Source: an uncultured Leptospiraceae bacterium
Lineage (GTDB): Bacteria > Spirochaetota > UBA4802 > UB4802
DNA length: 64,000 bases
NCBI GenBank assembly: GCA_964345775.1
Contig: CAYFSO010000004.1
Span: forward strand, 9,141 to 73,140
Direction of reading: 5' to 3'
The notes beneath the pieces were generated by a model. The model searched no databases and was not told the DNA's origin. It worked only from the letters and a program-made list of their open reading frames with translations. Below are positions 34,813 to 44,262 of this stretch, in pieces; positions within the stretch are counted from its first letter, which is position 1, and each line of letters starts with the position of its first letter. The position numbers were made by a program, and so were the translations under genes.

Positions 34813-37557
34813 CTATGTTTTCAGCATACTGGTAATAATAAACTCCAGCCTGTATTTTTCTACAAAGAAAAGAGTGCTGCCCAGTTGTTTTTCTCTTTCT
34901 TCAAGATCGGTATATGAAAGATCTCCCACACATGGGACAAACTCGATATTTGAACACATAAGATCTTTAAGCTTTTGCCCCACACTGTAAAATTCATTCA
35001 TGGTCATAAATCCCGAGGAAATATCGTCGGGGAATGCGATATTATAAAAGGTCTCATCGCCCATATGCCTGGCTATCTGAACACGTAATGACTTGGACCT
35101 GGCGTAATTTGCCAGGTAATCTCCTCTCAGATTCTTTGACTCATCTTCAACCAGTACCTGCCCCCTCCTGTCTGTGCCAAGGCGTATACACCGTATTGTA
35201 GATACATCAATTTCTTCCTGTGCGCTGAAGGGCGCGATTCGTTTTCCCGTATTTACGCAGAAACCGTAAAGGTAGATCAGGAATTCCCGTTTCATTATTG
35301 CAGGCTTAAAAAAAGTAAACAGGTTTCCCTTCTCATTTATAACATATATTATTAACTGCTTCCCCGCCTCTTCATATGCGATAGTAACGGCCGCACCCCT
35401 GCTGTTTTCATATATTGCCTGAAGTTTTTTTATTGAGGGATTCTCGCCAAAGAACATGTAACTGATCCTGGCTGCAGGCTTCAGTGTCAACGTGGCAAGC
35501 ATCTTTACCAGGCTGTCATGCACATTAACGGACACGGTGTCCCTGTTTCTTGTGATAATAAATATTTTATCTTCCAGCATTGTCACAAAACGGGCTGCCT
35601 CTTTCTCACTTGAATGAACAATAAAATTATAACTTTCCCGTAACATGCCTTCCACCTGCTTGAAGAACTTCTTATAAGGTGCAGGTGTATTGACAAGACA
35701 ATATTCATCGTACGTTCTTTTCAACTGCATGGCATCGTTGAGAATAACGTGGAGGATTGTACCCATATCCGCGGCGTTCACGTATTTCTTTATATACGCT
35801 TCTCCCCAGCTCGTATGATACACGTGGTATATTGAATCAACATGCTCTGCATCCTCATTGTTGAAGTTAATGATAACCGCGTTCAGCAATGTAAAGGCAG
35901 GACGCTGCAGGTATTCGTTCTTTATTACACTGCGTTCACCGGTAAAGAAATCGGAAAGGGGGTTCAACAGTTCTACTACAAGATTCTGGTTTACCCGTAT
36001 GTACCCTGACTGTATGTTAATCCTGGTATACTGGCTATCGTATATCTGGTTGAATACCGCCCATACCAGCAGGCGTACAAGATCGTTTTCCTTGTTCAAA
36101 GTAATAGTTCGGAATACGTTTTTTTCACTCTTGTTCCTCTTGTACAGGCGCCATTCAACTTCCCTGATCCCTTCGCTTACCGGTTCGACGTAAAGGATTG
36201 GTTCTGAGGGGGCATCTTTAAACGTAACAAGCCGTTCAACCTTGTCCCTTTCTATGGAAAAATGTGATTTTATCTTTCTGCTGAGAAGTTTAAAATCAGC
36301 CTCAGATATCTTCTCTTCAAGGTCGAGGGTCGCCATCTGGGAAGATATTTTCTGGTAACTCATCAGCATGAACTTTTTTACACTGTCCCAGAATGACGTT
36401 ACCCTTTTAAATTCCCAGTTGTCAAAGTTGTCCATGTCCTCTATGGCCTTCAGGTCCCATTTCCATTCACGAATATAACGGGACATCACCGCCACCTTGT
36501 AGGGTATATTTTTCTTGTCCTTGATCCCCACGTATTTTGAAAGCTGCGGATCTATTTTCAGGTACAGGTTCTGCTTCAATATATCCAGCATTGAAGGTTC
36601 ATCCAGCACATTACTGTAGTACTTGTACACTTCCTCGAACATGAGGAGATACGCATCAACGATAGTATTATCAAGCTGATCCTGCAGCACATGCATCTTT
36701 ACCTTCTGGCTGAGAAGAGGTGAATCCGTTTGTCCGAAAAGATATTTCTCAAGGACACCTATCTTTATAATTGACTTGAAAGGATTGCCAAGTGACTTGA
36801 TGATCTGGAACAATGCCGCACCCAGGAAGTCCTCTCTTGATATCTCGTGAAGGTTCCCAAGGTCCACGTAGGCATCCCTTTTCAGGTCGTCCGGAAGTTT
36901 CTCATAAAAACGCTCGTACTCATCGTCGGGAACGTAATTAGGGAGAACCCACCAGAAAGGGATTTTTCCCGCTATGAGTATGGAGCTCCTGAAAAATTCA
37001 TCTTTCAACACAGCCCCTACCGTTGTGCCGAAAGCCTCTTCCTCGTCCTCCGCGAACACGTTCTTTTTCACGCTGTCAATATCATTGATGAAAAGGTGCA
37101 CCGGCACCTGCAATTCCGCGGAGGCCCATTCCTGTATGCCCTGGATTTTCCTGGTAAAAAGCCTGTACTGATCATTGCTTATGGTATTTCTGTGTATGCA
37201 TACCCAGTAGTCCAGGTCAGATTTTTTATTGTACGCCACTGTTCCCACGCTGCCCATCACCGCAAACATTTTAACAAAGTCCTTTTCCGAGGTGTCCTCG
37301 ATGGGAGCCCCGGAAAATTTGCTTCTTATAAATCTTCGTGTATCTTCGTCAGGCGAATAGTTTATCACCCCAATGGGCACGTCCCCTTCCACGTATCCGG
37401 GAAGTTTTTTGCTGTTCATACTCAGGAGATACGGGATGGTATTAATAATTCGACATACGGTTACATTCGGCAGCAATTGCTGGAAACGATCATATTTTAT
37501 ATTATTGAACCTGGAGAACTTCTGCCTGTTCTCCTCGATTATTTCCAAAAATTCCAT
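34813..37557 (-). CDS. cyaA: Class I (enterobacterial CyaA-type) adenylate cyclase
   Basis: 914 aa. Collinear with E. coli CyaA: [20 protein letters not shown] vs [40 protein letters not shown] vs [20 protein letters not shown] (catalytic Asp114/Asp116 at identical numbering); [20 protein letters not shown] vs [42 protein letters not shown] vs [22 protein letters not shown]. Confidence 0.8.
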   Translation of the reverse strand: [914 protein letters not shown]

Positions 37558-37578
37558 ATACTTCCCGGCACCCTTTGC

Positions 37579-38619
37579 TTACGTTATCATTTCATTTTTT
37601 TCTGGCTTCATAGTGGATGACAACAGGGACAACATGGGATTTCCCATCAGGCTTTGCGGCCTCCCCGTGCTTTTCAGTGCGTAATCGGCCCTGTGAAATT
37701 CAGGGAAAAGCGACTGTACCCGTTCGGGGGCAAACCTTCCAACCTGCCGACTGAATATTTTCTGCTTCCCGGGCGTAATTTTCAGCGCTTTGAAGATTTC
37801 ACCATCGGAGATTCCCCTGCCTCTCATATCGTGATATTGTTCTATTCGTTCTGCCTGGTTAAAGAGCAGAGTTAACAGCAGCAGCTCGCTTATCCCCCTG
37901 TCGACTGCAGCTTCAAGCATCTCATATGCCCGCCTGTCATCAGAATAGAACAGGTCAATAAATTCAAATTCCGGACTTCCCGGCTGGCTTGTTGTAAAAT
38001 TCTTTATATCTTCAGCTCCCGCTCTCCCGTTTATTGAGGCATACATTAACTGGTCAAGTACACTGTCAACTTTTCGTGTATCACTGCCTACCATTTCAAA
38101 AAGCATTTCGGGAACGTTTTCTTCCAGTTCAAAACCCCTTTCCTTCGCACCACGATTAATATAGCCGATAATATCGGATTCAAAATACTTCCAGAAATGA
38201 TATACCTGGATATTACCGGAAATCTCCCTTGATACCAGGGAGGGTAAGCGGTTGTCATCATTAGTAAGCACAACCAGTGTTTCCGGCGGAATATTTGTCA
38301 CCATTTCACGCATAAGCATTTTATTTTCAGTAGTGACCTGCAACCTGTTGATACTGTATAGTACCACCAGGCTTTTGGTACTGAACATTGAAGTGGATAC
38401 TATAGATCCAACCGCGCGCTTAAGATCATCCTCGGCATGAAACCTCTGAAGATCCCATGATTCACGCTCGGCCGTTCCAAAATGAAGACGCCCTATTGAT
38501 GCTATGGCCCTGTCCTTCTCCCCTTCTTCTTCACCTATGAAGCAGTAAATTTTGTGCAGCTCCTTCTTCTCAAGTTCCCGGTTAAGCTGTTTCCATGTTG
38601 GATACTTTGTATATGCCAT
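37579..38619 (-). CDS. holA: DNA polymerase III delta subunit
   Basis: 346 aa. N-terminal IYCFIGEEEGEKDRAI pattern, size and helical C-terminal domains fit HolA. It sits directly downstream of an LptE-like lipoprotein gene, which is the conserved lptE-holA synteny. Confidence 0.65.
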   Translation of the reverse strand: MAYTKYPTWKQLNRELEKKELHKIYCFIGEEEGEKDRAIASIGRLHFGTAERESWDLQRFHAEDDLKRAVGSIVSTSMFSTKSLVVLYSINRLQVTTENKMLMREMVTNIPPETLVVLTNDDNRLPSLVSREISGNIQVYHFWKYFESDIIGYINRGAKERGFELEENVPEMLFEMVGSDTRKVDSVLDQLMYASINGRAGAEDIKNFTTSQPGSPEFEFIDLFYSDDRRAYEMLEAAVDRGISELLLLTLLFNQAERIEQYHDMRGRGISDGEIFKALKITPGKQKIFSRQVGRFAPERVQSLFPEFHRADYALKSTGRPQSLMGNPMLSLLSSTMKPEKNEMIT

Positions 38620-38622
38620 GTA

Positions 38623-39225
38623 TCACTTCTTTCCTTTTTCAATTGATGTCTGCAATTCGGTGTACCATCCACGGATGGTTTGAACCTTTATCCTTTCAGC
38701 CAGTTGGTTTAATACTGCCGTGCGAACCTCCACTTCAGAGGTTATTGGCGGGCGGATATCCGAGAATACCCGGAATGCCTGAACAGCCCGGTTCCTGAAA
38801 ATCAGTTTTCCTGTTATGGTCTCTGATAGTGTAACATGGGCCACAACACGCAATCTTTTTTTTACCACGCGGCCAAATTCATCATATTGAATATGCTGCA
38901 CCTGGTAATCACTCATTTTCCCTGTCAGCAGCAACTGTGGCTGCTGATCCTTTGCAACAACAGCAAGCCGACCGTCAATACTTATCCTCTCGCGTACCCT
39001 GCTGGTAAGATACTCTTCTATATCTTCTATCGTGGTCATGTTCTGAAAAGGCGGGATGGCTATCCTGTTGGCATCACGCGGCACAACCGGTTCACCATTC
39101 ATCCCGGATACAATTTTACCCACCGTCCCTCCTTTTCTTTCTGTTTCCATGATGGAACATGAAATACTTATGAAGAACATGATGGGCAATAGCAGAAGTA
39201 CCAGTATATTGCTGACATTTCTCAT
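38623..39225 (-). CDS. lptE: LptE-like LPS-assembly lipoprotein
   Basis: 200 aa. Lipobox FFISISCS. The pattern ...LLLTGKMSDYQVQHIQYDEFGRVVKKRLRVVAHVTLSE..TGKLIF resembles LptE/RlpB. Lies 3 nt upstream of holA. Confidence 0.5.
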   Translation of the reverse strand: MRNVSNILVLLLLPIMFFISISCSIMETERKGGTVGKIVSGMNGEPVVPRDANRIAIPPFQNMTTIEDIEEYLTSRVRERISIDGRLAVVAKDQQPQLLLTGKMSDYQVQHIQYDEFGRVVKKRLRVVAHVTLSETITGKLIFRNRAVQAFRVFSDIRPPITSEVEVRTAVLNQLAERIKVQTIRGWYTELQTSIEKGKK

Positions 39226-39350
39226 TGTCGTACCAGATTTTTTTGCTCAATTTTTCAGACAGTAAGGCCGAAGATAATGGTATATCATTTTACACTCCAG
39301 GGTCTTCCTTTTACACAACGGCACAGTGCAAATGGAAGGCCCTTTGTAAG

Positions 39351-39377
39351 GGCGGGATTAATAATCCCGCCTTTTTT
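39351..39377 (+). terminator. Strong intrinsic-terminator-like hairpin, plus-strand polarity, lying between two minus-strand genes
   Basis: GGCGGGATT-AAT-AATCCCGCC (9-bp stem) followed by TTTTTT on the + strand. On the minus strand the hairpin is followed by CTTACAAAGG, which has no U-tract. It abuts the stop codon (39379-39381) of the 1624-aa gene. Confidence 0.5.
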
Positions 39378-39378
39378 A

Positions 39379-42300
39379 TTAATCAATTATCCTTATGATC
39401 TCTTTAAAGGAATACATTGTTTCCAGGTACTGTCTTGCGGGTGTATCCCAGTAGTACACCGAGTTCTCCGCATTCTCACGTGCCGCATATATGGTATCTT
39501 CATGAGCATACCTGAAAAAATTCATGCAGCGTTCCATGGCATCATAGAATGACCAGGAGGTAAAATCAGAGAAAAGAAAACCATTCCCTTTAACTTCTCC
39601 CTTTTTCTCTCGTATGGGGAAAACCGTGTCCCTGAGTCCTCCAGTTGCCCTTGCAACCACAAGGCATCCACATGCAAAAGCTTCAAGCTGTGATATGCCT
39701 CCGGGCTCGTTCATCGATGGCATGAGAAATACGTCAGAAGAAAGAAGAGGTATACTTACATCCTGGAATCCCATGTTTACCGATACGTGTTCGGTATGGG
39801 AACTGTTCAGCTGCATCAAACCATCGGCTATCTTGTATCCATTGTCATCTCCGGACGCGACCGACCCTCCGATTATACCCTGGAAACCGAGGCTATTGAA
39901 TACACCCTCCGATTCCTCAAGCAGCAACTGGAAGCCCTTCTGTTCCGCCACCCGGTGTATCATGCAGAAAAGTACTTTATCAGGATCAACGGTAAAGCCG
40001 CGCTGTACCTGCATGAGAACCTTGTTGCGGACCCTGGTTACCATCTTTCGTCTTTTCTCATCCTTTATTGCATCACAGGCGTATGGTCCCTCGAGGACCT
40101 CGGGGTACCGCTCCTGTAACGTGCTTTTCAAGCTGTCATTTTTCTTTAGCAGCTTTTGAAATTCCGGATACCATTCATCCACGAAACCCGAGTCATCAAA
40201 CCTTTTCTGTACCCGTTCCCCGAAATCATTCCCTATGGCATTGCTGATGCCGATCACGTTACGAAGAATGTGCTCCAGCCCGTCACAGGCTATTTCTATC
40301 TGTTTCGCGTAAGAGGGACTCACTGTCACCGTGTTATCGGCAAACCGCACTCCTGCAGCCATGCAGTTCAGCTTTTCATGGTGAACAGTATCCTCGAACT
40401 CGTACCCGCGCCAGCCCGGCAGATTGAAAAGGCTGAAAAGGTCTTTCCCCCCTTCCTTCCTGTGATACGAATCAAAATACTGCCAGCCCCCGTTGTGAAT
40501 GATATGCATAAAGGTTGTACGCGCAAAATTGGGATTGGAACTATACAGGGGATCACTTCTTACGATACCGTTAAAAATCCCAACATATGCATCATTGGTA
40601 AAGGTAAACAGCGGGTCAAGTCCAAAACTGCAGATAACCTCCGCGCATGCCCTTGAGAAAGCCACCCGCCTTCTCAGTTTCTCTTCGGAGGTGTATCCCC
40701 AGTACAGGCCATCGAAAAATTCATGGTGGTCAAGCAGGTAATAATGAACACCTTCCACCAGGGCATAATGAACCCCTGCCTCGTACTGTACATCTTCAAT
40801 CATGAAGCTCACGGTTCTCCCCGTGTACTCGGCGCCGCAGGTCTCCATGGCCTTCTGCATCTTTGCAACAGCCTTGGAATCACCATGACGGTACATGGGT
40901 GTAATGACATACACCTCTTCATCCATTCTGGCCATTTCCCTGGGAAGCTCATACACAACATTTGCCAGTCCACCACTCTTTGAGAATGGCTCGGCTTCCG
41001 CCGACATGAACACAATGGAGCCGCGGCTGTTATGTGCGAGGAGTCCTTTACCCAGCTCGGCCGCCCTCGGGTCCTTGTGGCCGGAGAGTTTCTCTATGTA
41101 ATCAAGCACCCTGGCACCTGGCAGGATGTTTGATCGGTACATGTGGAACAATATCCGTTTTAATCCCACTTCCAGAAAATTTCTATGCTCATCCCAGAAA
41201 AGAGGCAACATGTTACTGCGAATAAATTTTTCAAATTGTCCGTAAGATCCACTGTTTAATGACAACTGTTGAAAAGCAAAATATGAAGAGAAACTCTCAA
41301 TATTGCTGGCCGTGCAAAGTCTGAAAAAGGAATCCATCAGGAATTCGCTGTAAAGCTCCTCCCTGCCGTCTACGGGCTCAAGGCGCAGCAACTTTACCCT
41401 GTCGGTGTACGATACTATGGTGTGGATCTTACATACCCGAAGCTCTTCGCCGGTATAATAGCTGTAATGCCCGGTAATGGGAGAATATATCGGATCGGTA
41501 ACCCTGTAATACCGGGTATCATCCAGCGGTATACCCGGATTATCAAACTGCAGCGATATGTTCTGGCTGCTGTCAGCAAAATTGAAAGCCCCTATCCATA
41601 TACTTTCGGCTGTAAATTTCATGGCCGCGGCAACCATGTTATTATTGGCCCAGATAAGGTATCCCCGTCCTTTGTTCTCCCTGTGAAATGTATACCATGA
41701 ACGGTAAAAAGTCTCAAGGCTTCGATTGGAGGCATACTCGAACTGGTTCCAGTTCACGTAAATGTTATCAAGATACACCTTCCAGCCTTCGCCTTCAGCA
41801 CTGCCCTCGTAATCCATTATCATGTTATTCATAAAGGAGGTAAGCGCAACCGCCGCCCGCAGGCCCCGGTGCCCGAAAACACTGAGTGCCCTGTGCTCAT
41901 CGTGGTTACCAAGGACCCCCAGCAGTTCTGTTCCAGTTGGTAATGCTCCCGGAAAGTAGTTGTCGTATATATGGTATACTTCTCTCACGTCCGTTTTGTC
42001 GCGAATGATATTCTCACATATCTTGTAAAGGGCCGAATTATAGGGGATGATCCCGTTCCTTGCGAGGTACCGTTCGTGTCCCCAGTAGCATTCCGCCAGG
42101 TGCACAAAATACTTTTTACCCACCTGCCGAACCTTGCGCTCGATATTCAGCATGAGGTAATAGTGAAAGGGTATGGAAATTGCATCACGACACGCCGAAT
42201 CGAAGTAGCCGGTGGTAAGGAAATGTCCATCCTCCCTGTCATTTACGATGATATTACCTTCTACCATTGATTCATGGGTCCTGTGCTCGTTGTAAATCCG

Positions 42301-44253
42301 TGGGAAATTATTCTTTTTCATCATTATAGGAACGGCGTGTGCCGAATCAAACCTGATCCCGTCGATATCGTATTTTTCGATCAAGGTAAGCACCGACTGG
42401 ACAAGCCATTCCCATATCTCAAGCTTACGGTAATTTAAAAGCTTGCCATCGTCCCAGCTTCCATACCTCCCGTCGGTAGACGCCCGTACCACCAGGTTAC
42501 CATTCGGGTCGTAACACTGTACCGCCAGGTCGTCACTTATCTCCTGGCTTTTCCTGTTCAAGTGGGGCACCACGTCAACAATGACCTTGATATCTTTATT
42601 ATGTGCCTCCTCAACAAGCTCCATGAACTCCTTCTCGCCGCCAAGGAAGTCTTCAATCTCTACCAGGCTCATGGGTGAGAAGGGTGAAGGCGAGGTTGCT
42701 GAAGGGTCCCAGTTCTCGTAATTGCTGCCCCGCTTCTGCACGCCAAGCAGGTAGATGGCAGTGATCTGGTACCTTTTTTTCAGGTCATCAAGATGGGCAG
42801 TGATATCCGAAAAGCGGCCCAGCCGTATCACCTCGCCGTTTTCATTGTACACGAGCCCCGGATGTCCTTTCTCGTCCATCCAGTATATGCGGGTATGCCC
42901 ATGTATATCCGGGAATATCTCAAGGACGATCTCCCCCCTGATATCGGGCAACACGTTTACCCTTCCGCTGCATCCATGCTCATCGATCCAGTCAGAGAAT
43001 TTTCTTTTTTTCCGGTATACCAGGTAATCATGGTGCCCGGGTTCTTCAAATTTTACCTTAACGGTATACTGTTCCCGCTCTGGATCGTATTCAAGATCAT
43101 AATCATCGTATTGTATATCTTCTTCAAGCAGAAGTGTTTCCGTGGTAGCATTCCTGTAAATACGCAGGAAGTAGTTTCCTTTTTTTTCGGGTAATATGAA
43201 CTTGAAAGTATTTGTATCGCCGCTCTTTATGTTTATAAAGGTAGTGGCAAGCGGGGCGTCAAACTCCTTGAGCGAAAACAGCCTTTCAAGAAGGTAATTG
43301 GCCCTGTCCCGTATCTCGTGAAAATCATGACCCGAGGCAGCCACAAGCAATCGCACAATTTCACGCAGGGAATCCCGGTCATCCCCCTTCTTGTAACGCC
43401 GGGCCAGCCTTTCAAGCGAAGCTATTGCCTTCAGGTTGGTTTCATAATCAAAATTCAGCGGATCCCGTTCTAACCTGCTGTCAAGCATGCGAAGATACGT
43501 CTGCCTGTTCCTGTCGGTAAAACGCCGGGTCTTTTTCCTTGCGGGGACCTCCCGGTATTCCACCTGGTCAAATGAACTGATCCGAATCACTTCATCCAGA
43601 AGGTGGTTGAGCGCGGAGGACACATCGGGAGTTGCGACTTCAATGTGCGAATACCCGGTTTCAATGGCACGCTCCTCTATGCGAAGCAGCCATATAAAGG
43701 TCTCGAAAAAAGCATCCTCATCCTTCTTTTCCTCGAAGGAGAGTGCTTCGAATATATTCAGCCCAAGATAAATGGATGGGATCTCAGCCCAGGGAGGGCC
43801 CTGTCCAACGTGGGAAAGGACCGTGGTTTCATTTGATACATGGTAAATGGTTGGCAATCCGGAGGTTTCTTTAACGATGACAAAACGCCTGGTTTCAAGG
43901 CTTTTGAAATCATACCTGGCAACAGCCCTGTGCACCCATGCAACGGCATCAAACAGTCGTCGCGTGAGCCGGACATCACTTGCCACCCTGTTCCTGGCCT
44001 GCTGATCATCCGCGAAAAGCGTATCCAGGATATCGTTTCGTATACGAGTAAATGCTTCTGTATACGACGCGGGATCACCACCCTGTCTCAAACCAAATAT
44101 AACAGAACGGTCAACGAAAAAAGGAAAGGCCCTGTTTTCGTTGAAAGATCTTGCGATTTCTTCTTTTACCCGGGAATCTGTTATCAGGTTTTCATCTTTT
44201 AAATTATACCTGCAAAGGCTGCTTAATGACGTAACCGATTTATCAGTGCTCAT
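39379..44253 (-). CDS. Giant multidomain alpha-glucan enzyme: unknown N-terminal region + GH13 alpha-amylase-family domain + GT5 glycogen/starch synthase domain
   Basis: 1624 aa, uninterrupted. GH13 regions: DVVPHLN, DGIRFDSAHA, LAECYWG and LGNHDEHR (aa ~470-900, nt ~41554-42846). GT5/GlgA motifs: VFMSAEAEPFSKSGGLANVV and PSMNEPGGISQLEAFACG (aa ~1078-1624, nt 39382-41022). Confidence 0.8.
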   Translation of the reverse strand: MSTDKSVTSLSSLCRYNLKDENLITDSRVKEEIARSFNENRAFPFFVDRSVIFGLRQGGDPASYTEAFTRIRNDILDTLFADDQQARNRVASDVRLTRRLFDAVAWVHRAVARYDFKSLETRRFVIVKETSGLPTIYHVSNETTVLSHVGQGPPWAEIPSIYLGLNIFEALSFEEKKDEDAFFETFIWLLRIEERAIETGYSHIEVATPDVSSALNHLLDEVIRISSFDQVEYREVPARKKTRRFTDRNRQTYLRMLDSRLERDPLNFDYETNLKAIASLERLARRYKKGDDRDSLREIVRLLVAASGHDFHEIRDRANYLLERLFSLKEFDAPLATTFINIKSGDTNTFKFILPEKKGNYFLRIYRNATTETLLLEEDIQYDDYDLEYDPEREQYTVKVKFEEPGHHDYLVYRKKRKFSDWIDEHGCSGRVNVLPDIRGEIVLEIFPDIHGHTRIYWMDEKGHPGLVYNENGEVIRLGRFSDITAHLDDLKKRYQITAIYLLGVQKRGSNYENWDPSATSPSPFSPMSLVEIEDFLGGEKEFMELVEEAHNKDIKVIVDVVPHLNRKSQEISDDLAVQCYDPNGNLVVRASTDGRYGSWDDGKLLNYRKLEIWEWLVQSVLTLIEKYDIDGIRFDSAHAVPIMMKKNNFPRIYNEHRTHESMVEGNIIVNDREDGHFLTTGYFDSACRDAISIPFHYYLMLNIERKVRQVGKKYFVHLAECYWGHERYLARNGIIPYNSALYKICENIIRDKTDVREVYHIYDNYFPGALPTGTELLGVLGNHDEHRALSVFGHRGLRAAVALTSFMNNMIMDYEGSAEGEGWKVYLDNIYVNWNQFEYASNRSLETFYRSWYTFHRENKGRGYLIWANNNMVAAAMKFTAESIWIGAFNFADSSQNISLQFDNPGIPLDDTRYYRVTDPIYSPITGHYSYYTGEELRVCKIHTIVSYTDRVKLLRLEPVDGREELYSEFLMDSFFRLCTASNIESFSSYFAFQQLSLNSGSYGQFEKFIRSNMLPLFWDEHRNFLEVGLKRILFHMYRSNILPGARVLDYIEKLSGHKDPRAAELGKGLLAHNSRGSIVFMSAEAEPFSKSGGLANVVYELPREMARMDEEVYVITPMYRHGDSKAVAKMQKAMETCGAEYTGRTVSFMIEDVQYEAGVHYALVEGVHYYLLDHHEFFDGLYWGYTSEEKLRRRVAFSRACAEVICSFGLDPLFTFTNDAYVGIFNGIVRSDPLYSSNPNFARTTFMHIIHNGGWQYFDSYHRKEGGKDLFSLFNLPGWRGYEFEDTVHHEKLNCMAAGVRFADNTVTVSPSYAKQIEIACDGLEHILRNVIGISNAIGNDFGERVQKRFDDSGFVDEWYPEFQKLLKKNDSLKSTLQERYPEVLEGPYACDAIKDEKRRKMVTRVRNKVLMQVQRGFTVDPDKVLFCMIHRVAEQKGFQLLLEESEGVFNSLGFQGIIGGSVASGDDNGYKIADGLMQLNSSHTEHVSVNMGFQDVSIPLLSSDVFLMPSMNEPGGISQLEAFACGCLVVARATGGLRDTVFPIREKKGEVKGNGFLFSDFTSWSFYDAMERCMNFFRYAHEDTIYAARENAENSVYYWDTPARQYLETMYSFKEIIRIID

Positions 44254-44262
44254 ATACCCCCT

